Positions 9,023 through 17,899 of a stretch of 64,000 bases of DNA are shown piece by piece. The translations under genes were made by a program, and so were the position numbers. Numbering within the stretch: the first letter of the stretch is position 1; each line of letters starts with the position of its first letter. The notes below the pieces were generated by a model. That model searched no databases. It saw only the letters and a list, made by a program, of their open reading frames with translations, and was not told the origin of the DNA. This stretch comes from Vicinamibacterales bacterium (GTDB lineage: Bacteria > Acidobacteriota > Vicinamibacteria > Vicinamibacterales > UBA8438), in the NCBI GenBank assembly GCA_965200475.1, contig CBDAUL010000010.1, positions 580,118 to 644,117 on the forward strand, read 5' to 3'.

Positions 9023-9927
9023 AGCTCGATCACCTCGTGCTCACGGCGCGGCCGGCCACCGCCGCGCCTGCCGCCGCCTCCGCCGCCCAGCGCCCGGCGC
9101 ATCGCCGACGCGGCGCGGGCCGACGCGGCGTACATCACGAAGCCGGCCCTCGACTTCGCCCGGATCGCCTCTCCCCGGTAGTGCTCCGAGGCGACTTCCA
9201 CGTTGCAGCGCCCGGTGCGGCCGGCCGCGTCGACGTACTCGACCTGCGCGTCCGGCACGAGGACCTTGCCGTCGTCGACCGGCAACCCCAGGGTCTCGGC
9301 GGCCTGCCGCCGGGCCTCGTCCGCCGCCTCCCGGCTCGCCGCCTGGCGCGCCTGCTCCGACCGGGACGCCAACAGGCTCTTCAGCTCCGCGTCGGTCCGG
9401 ACGCGCGTCACACGGCCGCCCGCTTCCTCGATCCGCGCCTGCTCCGCACACGCGGCCCGGTACACGGCCACGTCGTGGCGGACCTCAGCCTGCTTGACCG
9501 CGCCGCTCAGCGTCCGCTGGTGCGGCCGGCCGGAATCCCTCCAGAGCTTCTCGGCCCGAGACGCCCCGGCCGGCGTCGCCACGATCACCGTGAACTCTCC
9601 GCCCTTCGGGCCGCGCGCCTTCCGGCGCTCGACCCACCCCTTGCGCTCCGCCATCACGAGCCCCTTGCGCGCCGCGAACGGGTGCCCGTCGAACTGGCGC
9701 GCCACCAGGTCCTGCAACGCGACGCAGCGGAACGCCGCCACGTCGCGCACGAGGCCGTCGACCCGTTCACCGAACGAGCGGCGTCGTCGCTGCGGGTCGT
9801 ACTCGGACCGGTGGCCGCTTCGCCGACCGGCGTCGCGAGTCGGCTCGCGGCTGTCCTCACGCTCCGGCACGCCGGCTGCGACCCCACGGGCCGACACGGC
9901 GTCCGACGGGCTCCAGGGATCTCGCAT
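9019..9927 (-). CDS. Replication-relaxation-family-like protein (wHTH plus nuclease-like C-terminus), tentative
   Basis: Start MRDPW at 9927 (TGATG junction with the upstream gene). FRCVALQDLVARQFDGHPFAARKGLVMAERKGWVERRK resembles a winged helix. C-terminal VPDAQVEYVD...VEVASEHYRGEAIRAK looks like a D..E.K nuclease pattern. Confidence 0.35.
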   Translation of the reverse strand: MRDPWSPSDAVSARGVAAGVPEREDSREPTRDAGRRSGHRSEYDPQRRRRSFGERVDGLVRDVAAFRCVALQDLVARQFDGHPFAARKGLVMAERKGWVERRKARGPKGGEFTVIVATPAGASRAEKLWRDSGRPHQRTLSGAVKQAEVRHDVAVYRAACAEQARIEEAGGRVTRVRTDAELKSLLASRSEQARQAASREAADEARRQAAETLGLPVDDGKVLVPDAQVEYVDAAGRTGRCNVEVASEHYRGEAIRAKSRAGFVMYAASARAASAMRRALGGGGGGRRGGGRPRREHEVIEL

Positions 9928-10643
9928 CACGCCGCCCCCACAGCGCCGGGCGCGGCCCGACCGGGCTCGCTTGCAGACCGGTGCGCATCGGAATCCCGTA
10001 ACCGCCAGTCCCGGCCCTCCAGCGCAACGACGCGGCACCGGCCGGCGATCCGGCTCGCCAGGCGGTCGTCACCCATGAACTCGCCGATCGCCCGCGGCGT
10101 CCGGTTCGACGTCCAGACGGTCCGCCGCCCCGCGTCGTGCCGCGCCTCGTAGAGCATCAGCAGCGTCCGCCGCGTGTAGTCCGTCGCCGCCTCCCGCTCG
10201 GCGCCGAGATCGTCCAGCACCAGCAGCTCCCGCTCGATCAGCCGCTCGAACTCCTCGAACGGCTCCGCGTCGCCGCGCGGCTGGAGCCGGTAGAGCAGCA
10301 TCGGCACGCGCACGAACTCCACCGACCGTCGCTCGGAACGCCACGACTCGTTGAGCAGAGTGCAGGCCAGCCGCGTCTTGCCGCTGCCCACCGGACCGCA
10401 CAGGAACAGGTCCGTTTCCGCGTCCCCGGCGGCCGGCGGGTCCCGCGCCACCCGCATCGCGTGCCGGTTGTCCTCGGTCTCTTGCCAGGTCGCCCACCGT
10501 GCGTCCCGGAACTCGTGCGGCACCGACGGCGCGAAGCCGTGCGCACGCTCCCAGCACGCGCACCGCCGCAGCCGCCGCACGCCTCCGACTCGCGTCTCCT
10601 CCCAGCCGGGTGTCCGGCGGCACCGCTCGCATCCGGCTGTCAT
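9927..10643 (-). CDS. DnaC/IstB-like AAA+ ATPase (helicase-loader-like)
   Basis: Walker A GPVGSGKT, Walker B LLVLDDLG, TSNRTP sensor-like motif. N-terminal Cys cluster CERCRR...CACW. Confidence 0.75.
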   Translation of the reverse strand: MTAGCERCRRTPGWEETRVGGVRRLRRCACWERAHGFAPSVPHEFRDARWATWQETEDNRHAMRVARDPPAAGDAETDLFLCGPVGSGKTRLACTLLNESWRSERRSVEFVRVPMLLYRLQPRGDAEPFEEFERLIERELLVLDDLGAEREAATDYTRRTLLMLYEARHDAGRRTVWTSNRTPRAIGEFMGDDRLASRIAGRCRVVALEGRDWRLRDSDAHRSASEPGRAAPGAVGAA

Positions 10644-11710
10644 GGCTTCGCCCGCTCGATGACTGCGTCGTACGCCGCGCGGGGATCCGCCGACCGCGCC
10701 TCGCCGCCGCGCGAGTCGGCCCGCAGCCGCTCGGCCAGCGCCGGCGCCATCGACAGCAGCATCGACACCGTCCGCGTCCGGCCCTCCAGGAACCGATCGC
10801 CCTCAACCGTCAGGAACCGCTCCGCCAGCCGCTCCAGGTCCGCCGCGCCGTAGGCCGCGCACAGACGGCGCGCCGACTCCGCGTCCGACGCCTCGACCGC
10901 CCGCGTCGGCGCATACGCGACGCCCCGGTGGCGCGGATACAGTTCCGTCCGGTAGCGCTCGACGAACGCCGCCGCGCGAGCCGCCACGGCTTCCGGACCC
11001 TCTCCCCCCGCACCCCCCTCTTCCAGATCAGCCGTTGGCCGTAAGCCATTAGCCGTTTCGCAGCCGCGCGCGTGAGACGGGAAAATTCCCGGAGGATTTC
11101 TGGAACTTTCCGGGAAGATTCCCGGAGAATTCCCGGAATCCGCCGCCGGTGCCTCCGGTCGGATGCCGTCGTGCCGCGGGTTTGGAGCTTCCCGCGACCG
11201 CCTCGGGACGAACGGCAGAGCCGCGCCGGCCGCCTTCGGCTGCGCCGGCACCTTCACGCCGCCCGGATGCACCGACCACAGGTGGCGCGTCCTCGGGCTC
11301 ACCTCGGCCGTCGCCGGCAACGGATGGAGCGTCCGAAGCGGATACCGCACCCGCTGGAAGTCCTGCCAGTCGGACTGATAGAGGTAGCGCGCACCCTGAT
11401 GGACGAACGCCGCGACGAGACCCGTCGTCACCAGCCGCTCGATGCACCGGCCGATCACCTTGGCCGGCCGCCGGCTGAGGGCGTCGTGCGCCGCCTGGAA
11501 CGCGACCGCCTCAGCGCGCATCACGCCGAAGTCGTCGGCCCCGAGCAGGTAGGTCGTCCACACGCGGTACTCCAGGTCCGACAAGCTCGACACCTTCGCC
11601 GAGTGGCCGAGCCGGGCGTGCAGGAGCCGATCAGCGGGCATCGACCAACGCTCCCCCCGCTTGGCCCGACCGGCGCACGGCCGTCCGGCAGGAATGCGTG
11701 TCTTCGCCAT
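10640..11710 (-). CDS. Replication-initiator-like protein (phage/plasmid type), start uncertain (11710 or 11641)
   Basis: Sits immediately upstream of the DnaC-like gene with a 4-nt overlap. A central low-complexity linker is encoded by iteron-like DNA repeats. The alternative start is MPADRLLHARLGHS at 11641. Confidence 0.45.
   Translation of the reverse strand: MAKTRIPAGRPCAGRAKRGERWSMPADRLLHARLGHSAKVSSLSDLEYRVWTTYLLGADDFGVMRAEAVAFQAAHDALSRRPAKVIGRCIERLVTTGLVAAFVHQGARYLYQSDWQDFQRVRYPLRTLHPLPATAEVSPRTRHLWSVHPGGVKVPAQPKAAGAALPFVPRRSREAPNPRHDGIRPEAPAADSGNSPGIFPESSRNPPGIFPSHARGCETANGLRPTADLEEGGAGGEGPEAVAARAAAFVERYRTELYPRHRGVAYAPTRAVEASDAESARRLCAAYGAADLERLAERFLTVEGDRFLEGRTRTVSMLLSMAPALAERLRADSRGGEARSADPRAAYDAVIERAKP
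11081..11141. repeat. Four copies (three direct, one inverted) of TTCCCGGA(A/G) inside the initiator-like gene; candidate iterons/origin
   Basis: gaaaaTTCCCGGAGgatttctggaacTTTCCGGGAAgaTTCCCGGAGaaTTCCCGGAAtcc read directly from 11081-11141. Confidence 0.5.
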
Positions 11711-11713
11711 CCA

Positions 11714-11929
11714 TCAGCACACCGGCTCCGGATCGCACACCGCGCATCGAGCCCACTCCGGCCGCTCGTCGAGCAGCCTCACCGCAACCCCACGCCGGCC
11801 GCGCAGGCGCGCCGCCGTCTGCGGCCAGCACGCGGAGCAGACGATCACGGGCGCGTCCGTGCCCGCGTCCACCTCGCGCCACGGCGCAGCAGCCAGCGTC
11901 TGGCCGTCGCCTTCAAGCGGCTGGCTCAC
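11714..11929 (-). CDS. Small Cys-rich (zinc-ribbon-like) protein, GTG start
   Basis: GTG at 11929 overlaps the upstream stop as GTGA. Contains CSAC...CAVC. Stop lies 3 nt before the next ATG. Confidence 0.3.
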   Translation of the reverse strand: MSQPLEGDGQTLAAAPWREVDAGTDAPVIVCSACWPQTAARLRGRRGVAVRLLDERPEWARCAVCDPEPVC

Positions 11930-12465
11930 CGTCTCCTCCCCCGACGGGCCGGCTTGCGGCGGCCCGCGCTGGACGCGAGCCACTCCAGCACGGCCGCCTT
12001 GCTCCACCGCGGCCGGCGGTCGATTCCCGGAATCGGCGCCACCGGGAAGACATGCGCGTCGAGCCGGCGCCTGATCGTCTTCGGGTGGCAGCGCAGCAGC
12101 GCGGCCAAGTCGTCCAGGAACAACACGTCGGGTAGCTCGTCCGCCGCCACGTCCGGATCCCACGGATCTCGATTGCCGCGGCGCCCCGCGGCGCGCCCGC
12201 GGATCCGCGTCTCAATCCAGTCCGGCTGTCGTTCACGCATGCGCGTCAGCACCTCCTCCCGCGCCGCGTGCGCAGCGCTTTCCGCCTCTTCCACCATGTC
12301 CAGGACTTCGGTTGCCTGTTCTGCGAATCCGGCCGGCGGCCGGGTGTGGCCGTTGAGCCACCCGTTCAAGGTGGGCTGACTGACGCGGAGCATCGTCGCG
12401 AACTCGCGCTGCGACAGGTTCAGTCGCACCAACCGGGCGGCGATGGACTGTGCGGAAGTGACCAT
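11926..12465 (-). CDS. Cro/XRE-type HTH fused to an excisionase/MerR-like HTH
   Basis: N-terminus LSQREFATMLRVSQPTLNGWLNG (XRE HTH). C-terminus LFLDDLAALLRCHPKTIRRRL...RWSKAAVLEWL (Xis/AlpA-like). Divergent from the CI-like gene. Confidence 0.6.
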   Translation of the reverse strand: MVTSAQSIAARLVRLNLSQREFATMLRVSQPTLNGWLNGHTRPPAGFAEQATEVLDMVEEAESAAHAAREEVLTRMRERQPDWIETRIRGRAAGRRGNRDPWDPDVAADELPDVLFLDDLAALLRCHPKTIRRRLDAHVFPVAPIPGIDRRPRWSKAAVLEWLASSAGRRKPARRGRRR

Positions 12466-12509
12466 TGGCGCCTCCAGGATTTAGGGGCACCAAGAATCCC
12501 GTCAACTGT

Positions 12510-12528
12510 AATCATTGATTATCATTGG
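12510..12528. promoter_or_regulatory. Candidate operator in the 66-bp CI/Cro divergent intergenic region
   Basis: Perfect palindrome AATCAtTGATT at 12510-12520, followed by a repeated half site ATCATTGG. It is the only AT-rich patch between the two starts. Confidence 0.35.
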
Positions 12529-12531
12529 CGC

Positions 12532-13242
12532 GTGAGCATCGTCGGACAGCGCCTGCGCGCGGCCCGCGCCCTCCGGGGCTTCAACCAGAGTCAGCTCGCC
12601 GCCAAGCTCGCCTTTACGCGAGAGGCCATCTCCATGATCGAGCGCGGGAAGTCCCGCCTTCGGGTCGACAGGCTGGCCGCTGCCGCGAGGATGCTCGACG
12701 TGTCGACCGACTACCTCGCAGGGCTGACCGAGGACCCGACCCCCGCCGCGCAACTCACGCGCGCCCTGGCCGTCGCCACGGGCGGCGCGGCCCTCGATGA
12801 CCGGCGCGACCGCGCCGCAACCCGAGCCGAAGGCGACTACATCGCCGTCTACACGCTGGCCACGTCCGCGGGCGGCGGCGCCGTCGCGTACGACAAGCGC
12901 GTGACCGGCCGCCTCAAGTTCCGGAGGACGTGGCTGGCCCGCCACGGGCTCGTCGCCCGCCAATGTCGCGTCGTCAAGGTGGTCGGTGAGTCCATGGAGC
13001 CGACCCTGTTCGATGGCTGCTCGATCCTCGTCAACCACGCGAGCCGCCGCCGGCGTCTCGGCCACGTCTACGTCGTGCGCACCGAAGAGGGCCTTGTCGT
13101 CCAGCGCGCGGGCAGGGATCCGTCGGGGGTCTGGCAACTGGTCAGCGACAACCCGGACAAGCTGACCTGGCCGAACCGCCCCTGGCCGTCCGATGCCGAG
13201 ATCGTCGGCGAGGTCAGGTGGACCGCCAGGGCGCTCGTGTGA
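12532..13242 (+). CDS. CI/LexA-like repressor (XRE HTH plus S24 peptidase)
   Basis: GTG start, in frame with track ORF 12268. HTH FNQSQLAAKLAFTREAISMIERG. S24 core VVGESMEPTLFDGCSILV with a downstream K in the DNPDKL region. Confidence 0.8.
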   Translation: MSIVGQRLRAARALRGFNQSQLAAKLAFTREAISMIERGKSRLRVDRLAAAARMLDVSTDYLAGLTEDPTPAAQLTRALAVATGGAALDDRRDRAATRAEGDYIAVYTLATSAGGGAVAYDKRVTGRLKFRRTWLARHGLVARQCRVVKVVGESMEPTLFDGCSILVNHASRRRRLGHVYVVRTEEGLVVQRAGRDPSGVWQLVSDNPDKLTWPNRPWPSDAEIVGEVRWTARALV

Positions 13243-13256
13243 GGGAAGGAAACCCA

Positions 13257-14495
13257 ATGAAATCCACGCACAACAGGGTCGTCCCGTCACCGACAGACGC
13301 GAATGCCGCACCGGACAAGGGCGGTCGAGGCAGAGCGTCAACGCTTCGGCGGCGAACCCACGCGGCGGGATCGGATGCGGCTTCACCACCGCCAACGACG
13401 AAGGCAAGGCCCGACTCGCAGTCTCGCCGTCGCGTCCGCGTGGCCCAGGGCATCTACCGGGACCGTTGGGGCTTGGCCGCCACCGTGAAGGTGAACGGCG
13501 TCCAACGAGAGATCCGCTTCCCGGCCGGAACGCACCTCAAGACCATCCGGGCTCGCCGGGACGAGCTGCGCGCCAGCATGCGGACGCTCCCCGTGGGCGA
13601 ACGGCACACGCTGGCCGACGATGCGTCCCGGTACCTCCGGCAGATCGGCAACGACCTCGTGAGCATCGCGGACCGCCGGCACTACATCGGGGAGTGGGCC
13701 GCGCGCTTCGGCCACCTCAATACCCTCGCGCTGCCGCAGCACATGGCGTCGCTGAACGATCAGATGCGCAAGTGGCGGGAGACTCTGTCCGTCTCGGCCT
13801 GCAACCATCGACGGGATGCGCTGACGAATCTGGTGAAGGTGCTCTACGGACGCCGGGCCGCGGCCGAGCTGGTCGACCTCGTACGCTTCGCGCGTCCGGC
13901 GCCCCGGCCGCGCTGGCTCGACCGCGCTCACATCGCCGACGTGCTGGCCCGGTTGACGCCGGGGTCCAAGACCGTAGTACGCTTACGGTTGATGCACTGG
14001 ACGGGGATGCGGCCGTCGCAGATGGGCCGGCTCCGGCCCGAGGACTTCCGCCTCGACGAACCGACACCGTTCGTGGCGGTGCCGCGCGGCAAGGGAGGAC
14101 GGCTGGCGGCGGTCCCGCTCGTTGGCGAGGGGCTGGAAGCGGCCCGCGACTTCATGGCGGTCGGCGCCTACGGGAGCTGGTCCTGCCCCAGTGCGAACCG
14201 GGCGCTGGCGCAGGCGGCCCGGAAGGCCGGGCGCCCCGCGTTCACCGTGTACCAGATCCGCCACGCCTTCGCGACGGGGCTTCGGCGGACGGGATCGGAC
14301 GTGGCGGACATTCAAGATCTGTACGGGCATACGGACCCGGAGACGACGATGATCTACGCGCCGCCTCAACTGCAAAAGCAGGCGGAAGCGATCGAGCGCT
14401 TGCAGCGAGCCGACCGGGCGCAGGCGCCGGTCGAGGGAGGCATTCGGCTGGCAGTACCCGCTGGCAGTACTGGTGAAACACCCGCAAGTCGTTGA
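13257..14495 (+). CDS. Tyrosine recombinase/integrase
   Basis: ATG at 13257 preceded by GGGAAGGA. Catalytic region RLRLMHWTGMRPSQ ... VYQIRHAFATGL ... DLYGHTDPETTMIY (R..HxxR..Y pattern). Confidence 0.85.
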   Translation: MKSTHNRVVPSPTDANAAPDKGGRGRASTLRRRTHAAGSDAASPPPTTKARPDSQSRRRVRVAQGIYRDRWGLAATVKVNGVQREIRFPAGTHLKTIRARRDELRASMRTLPVGERHTLADDASRYLRQIGNDLVSIADRRHYIGEWAARFGHLNTLALPQHMASLNDQMRKWRETLSVSACNHRRDALTNLVKVLYGRRAAAELVDLVRFARPAPRPRWLDRAHIADVLARLTPGSKTVVRLRLMHWTGMRPSQMGRLRPEDFRLDEPTPFVAVPRGKGGRLAAVPLVGEGLEAARDFMAVGAYGSWSCPSANRALAQAARKAGRPAFTVYQIRHAFATGLRRTGSDVADIQDLYGHTDPETTMIYAPPQLQKQAEAIERLQRADRAQAPVEGGIRLAVPAGSTGETPASR

Positions 14496-14506
14496 TTCTA
14501 AAGCAC

Positions 14507-14583
14507 GCGCCCTTAGCTCAGCTGGATAGAGCGTCTGGCTACGAACCAGGAGGCCGCAGGTTCGAATCCTGCAGGGCGCGCCA
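14507..14583 (+). tRNA. tRNA-Arg (anticodon ACG), CCA encoded
   Basis: 77 nt cloverleaf folded by hand: acceptor GCGCCCT/AGGGCGC, D stem GCTC/GAGC, anticodon stem TCTGG/CCAGG with loop CTACGAA, T arm GCAGG-TTCGAAT-CCTGC, discriminator G, CCA. Confidence 0.9.
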
Positions 14584-14595
14584 CTTCCCCTTCCC
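14567..14595. repeat. attL-type direct repeat (tRNA 3' end plus 12 nt)
   Basis: TCCTGCAGGGCGCGCCActtccccttccc. The partner is at 44977-45005. Confidence 0.8.
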
Positions 14596-14905
14596 GTCAG
14601 GTCCCTTGAAATCCCAGAATACCCCGTAAATACTGGCGTTTCCGTTTCCTGGAGTTCGTGCCGTTCCACGCGATTCCTTGCCGTTCTCAGAAATGGCGTG
14701 GTATAGTTCATGGTATACTCGTTCCGTTCCCGGTTCTAATCCCTGTGGGGACGCCACTTGCCGGTTTCTCCCCTTCCCGCGCAGTCCCGTAAACACACCT
14801 AACCCATCGGAATTACAGGCACTTACTAGGCTTGACGGTTCCGTTCTAATCCCGTATGTTCCCGGATAGGTCGTTGGTCAATTCGTTGGGACAGAAAGGG
14901 GCGAC

Positions 14906-16087
14906 ATGGGGAACCTCACGATGGCGCGGGTGAAGGCGATCAAGGTACCCGGTCTGCACGGCGACGGCGGCACCCTGTATCTGCGGGTGGCGCCCGGCGG
15001 GTCGAAGAGCTGGATCCAGCGGCTCACCATCAACGGGCGGCGCCGGGACGTCGGCCTGGGCGGCTGGCCGCTGGTGACGCTCGCGGAGGCCCGGGAGTTC
15101 GCCTTCGAGAACCGTCGACTCGCGCGCCGCGGCGGCGACCCGCTGGCCGACAGGCACCGCCCGAGCCTGCCGACCTTCGAGCAGGCCGCGGTGCGGACCT
15201 TCGAGGCGAACCGAGCCCGTTGGCGCCACGCGAAGACCGCGACCAACTGGGCCGGCTCGATGGCGAAGTACGCATACCCCGTCTTCGGCGGCCGGCCCGT
15301 TGACCAGATCGGCCGAGAGGACGTACTCCGCGTCCTGTCCCCGATCTGGACATCTAAGCCCGCCGTCTCGCGGAAGCTCCGCCAGCGCATCCGGGCCGTC
15401 CTGTCCTGGGCGCAGGCGCACGGGCACGTCGAGCACAACGTCGCCGGCGAGGCCATCGACGGCGCGCTGCCGGCGATGCCGGCCGTCAAGGCGCACTTCC
15501 GGGCGCTGCCCTACCCCGACGTCCGCGCTGCGCTCGACACCATCGCCGGCTCGCGCGCGTCGATCGCGGCGAAGGCGTGCCTTCGGTTCCTGGTGCTGAC
15601 CGCGTGCCGGTCCGGCGAGGCGCGGGGCGCGACCTGGGACGAGATCGACACCGAGGCCCTGGAGTGGCGCATCCCCGCATCAAGAATGAAGGGCGGCGCC
15701 GAGCATCGCGTGCCGCTCTCCGAGCCAGCGGCGGCCGCGCTCGAGGCAGTCCGGCCGCTGCGTGACGACGCCGGTTTGGTGTTCCCGAGCCCGTCGAGGC
15801 GCGGCCGGACGCTCTCAGACATGACGCTGACGAAGGTGCTGCGGGATACCGGGCTCGCGGACCGGGCGACGGTTCACGGGTTCCGCACGGCGTTCCGGAC
15901 CTGGGCGAGCGAGCGGACGAATGCCGATCACGCCGTCATGGAGATGTGCCTCGCTCACCAGGTCGGGACCGCCGTCGAGCGGGCGTATGCGCGTTCGGAC
16001 CTGCTCGCGAAGCGGCGCCGGCTGATGGACCAGTGGGGGGCGTTCGTGACCGGCGGCTGTGCGAAGGTGGTCAAGCTGCATCGTTAA
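14906..16087 (+). CDS. P4-type tyrosine integrase (island 1, intact)
   Basis: 393 aa. N-terminus GLHGDGGTLYLRVAPGGSKSWIQR is typical of the P4 integrase arm-binding domain. Catalytic region LVLTACRSGEARGATW ... VHGFRTAFRTWASE ... LAHQVGTAVERAYARSD. Confidence 0.9.
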   Translation: MGNLTMARVKAIKVPGLHGDGGTLYLRVAPGGSKSWIQRLTINGRRRDVGLGGWPLVTLAEAREFAFENRRLARRGGDPLADRHRPSLPTFEQAAVRTFEANRARWRHAKTATNWAGSMAKYAYPVFGGRPVDQIGREDVLRVLSPIWTSKPAVSRKLRQRIRAVLSWAQAHGHVEHNVAGEAIDGALPAMPAVKAHFRALPYPDVRAALDTIAGSRASIAAKACLRFLVLTACRSGEARGATWDEIDTEALEWRIPASRMKGGAEHRVPLSEPAAAALEAVRPLRDDAGLVFPSPSRRGRTLSDMTLTKVLRDTGLADRATVHGFRTAFRTWASERTNADHAVMEMCLAHQVGTAVERAYARSDLLAKRRRLMDQWGAFVTGGCAKVVKLHR

Positions 16088-16111
16088 GGCGACCGCGACG
16101 AGCGACTGGGG

Positions 16112-16826
16112 CGCGCTTGGAGCGTCGCATCCGCGCGACGCTGGCCTGGGCGCAGGCGCACGGTCATGTCGAGCACAACCTCGCAGGCGACGCCATCGAC
16201 GGCGCGCTGCCGTCGCTGCCGGCTGTCAAGGCGCACTTCCGGGCGTTGCCGTACCGCGAGGTCGGCGCGGCGCTGGAGACCATCGAGGCGTCTCGGGCGT
16301 CGGTGTCCGCCAAGGCGTGCCTTCGGTTCGTCGCGCTCACCGCCTGCCGGTCAGGCGAGGCCCGCCTTGCGACGTGGGACGAGATCGACCTGGAGGCCCG
16401 CGAGTGGCGCATCCCGGCGTCCCGGATGAAGGCGGCCGTCGAGCACCGCGTCCCGCTCGCCGACGCCGCGCTGGACGTACTGGAATCCGTCCGGCCGCTG
16501 CGCAGTCCGGCCGACCTGTTGTTCCCGTCGCCGTCGAGGCCGGCAAGGACGCTCAGCGACATGACGTTGACGAAGATCCTGCGGGATACGGGGCTGGCCG
16601 GCCGCGCCACGGTGCATGGCTTCCGTTCGGCCTTCCGGACCTGGGCGAGCGAGCGGACGAGCGTGCCGCACGCCGTCTGCGAGATGGCGCTGGCCCACCG
16701 CGTGGGTTCCGATGTCGAGCGGTCCTACGCGCGGTCGGACCTGTTCGACAAGCGCCGCGGGTTGATGGACCAGTGGGCGACGTACGTGACGGCGGCGGCG
16801 CGAAGGTGCTGCGCCTGCACGGATGA
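16112..16826 (+). pseudogene. 5'-truncated, frameshifted copy of the island-2 integrase
   Basis: Aligns by eye with 29471-30173 (RIRATLAWAQAHGHVEHNLAGDAIDG... to ...GAKVLRLHG). Lacks about the first 165 codons. One G missing near 16790 shifts the frame. Confidence 0.8.
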
Positions 16827-16921
16827 GCCGCAGCGAACCGTCGGGCCCAGCGCTGTCGTCGTTCGGCGGCTGATAGGGTTACCCCCGTGGTATCATCGGG
16901 AACACCATGGGGCGATCCAAG

Positions 16922-17221
16922 ATGACGACGCCGACGGATCGACTGTTGACGCGCGCGGAGGTCGAGCGGCGCACCGGGCTCGGGCGGAGCGCGCTGTACC
17001 GCGCGATGCGCGAGGGCCGGTTCCCAGAGCCGTTTCGGGTTGGTCCGACAGCCGTTCGGTGGTCCGAGCGGGAGATCGAGGCGTGGGTAGCGGCGCTCCC
17101 GCGCTCCCGTGGCGATGGCATCCACCGCGCGAGCAAGCAAGACGTGCCGAGCGCGGCACACGGAAGCGAGAGGCATGCCCAAATCGCCACGCCACACCGT
17201 CAATCTCAAGCTCTCGATTGA
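16922..17221 (+). CDS. AlpA-family excisionase/regulator (copy 1)
   Basis: MTTPTDRLLTRAEVERRTGLGRSALYRAMREGRFPEPFRVGPTAVRWSEREIEAWV is the classic AlpA HTH. The C-terminal extension may be read-through. Confidence 0.7.
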   Translation: MTTPTDRLLTRAEVERRTGLGRSALYRAMREGRFPEPFRVGPTAVRWSEREIEAWVAALPRSRGDGIHRASKQDVPSAAHGSERHAQIATPHRQSQALD

Positions 17222-17594
17222 GGAGTTCGCGGCGCTCGCAGCGGATGCCGACAAGTGCGAGGTTGCGCCGACGACGATGGCGCTCAGTCAGGTCCTGGCC
17301 GGCATGCAGCAGTTCCGCGGCGTGGTCCCGGACTTGACCGTTCCCGCAAGCCGCGCCACGTACGCCCTGAAGGAAGCGGCGGAGGCCCTCCGTGCGGCCG
17401 GCAACGCAGAAGCCGCACAGGCCGCAGAATCTGCGGGCCAGGAGCTGTACCAGGCAGTGGCTGACACCCGGGAGGGGCTTGGCTGGCTCGTGTGGCCCGG
17501 CTGGCGGCTGGACGCCTTTCGCCACCGCATCCCGTGGGAGGGAGAGAACGGCGGACGGCCGGACTTGACCGAATCCATTCTCAAGATCCGATGA
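17175..17594 (+). CDS. RHH/MobC-like small protein (copy 1)
   Basis: MPKSPRHTVNLKLSIEEFAALAADADKCEVAPTTMALSQVL resembles the ribbon-helix-helix of mobilisation accessory proteins. The paralog is at 30532. Confidence 0.4.
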   Translation: MPKSPRHTVNLKLSIEEFAALAADADKCEVAPTTMALSQVLAGMQQFRGVVPDLTVPASRATYALKEAAEALRAAGNAEAAQAAESAGQELYQAVADTREGLGWLVWPGWRLDAFRHRIPWEGENGGRPDLTESILKIR

Positions 17595-17689
17595 ACTCAC
17601 GAGCGAGCAACGTGGGCTGGCAAACGCCTGCACGGTGCCGCGCGCCCTCGAACCGGGCGGGGGATTCGCAGGATCTCCTGGTGCTCGTC

Positions 17690-17899
17690 GGCGTGGAGAC
17701 TGGCTTCGGCTCGACATTCCGGGACTGGGCGGCCGAGGAGACGAACCACCCGCGGGAGGTCGTCGAGGCAGCGCTGGCCCACATCGTCCAGAACGAGGTC
17801 GAGGCGGCCTACGGCCCGTCGGACATGGTCGAGCGCCGCCGGCAGTTGATTGACGACTGGTTCCCCTACGTCGTCGACGGTACCGGGAGCGCCGCCTGA
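17690..17899 (+). pseudogene. C-terminal remnant of a third P4-type integrase
   Basis: GFGSTFRDWAAEETNHPREVVEAALAHIVQNEVEAAYGPSDMVERRRQLIDDW matches the HxxR...Y end of P4 integrases. No N-terminal part is present. Confidence 0.55.

Noticed and set aside
948-9181. Alternative-frame ORFs across the T4SS region (for example 948-2414, 1106-2692, 2446-3963, 5307-7214, 8024-9181).
   Set aside because: Same reasoning as above. Each overlaps a recognisable VirB-type gene and has low-complexity RGP-rich composition.
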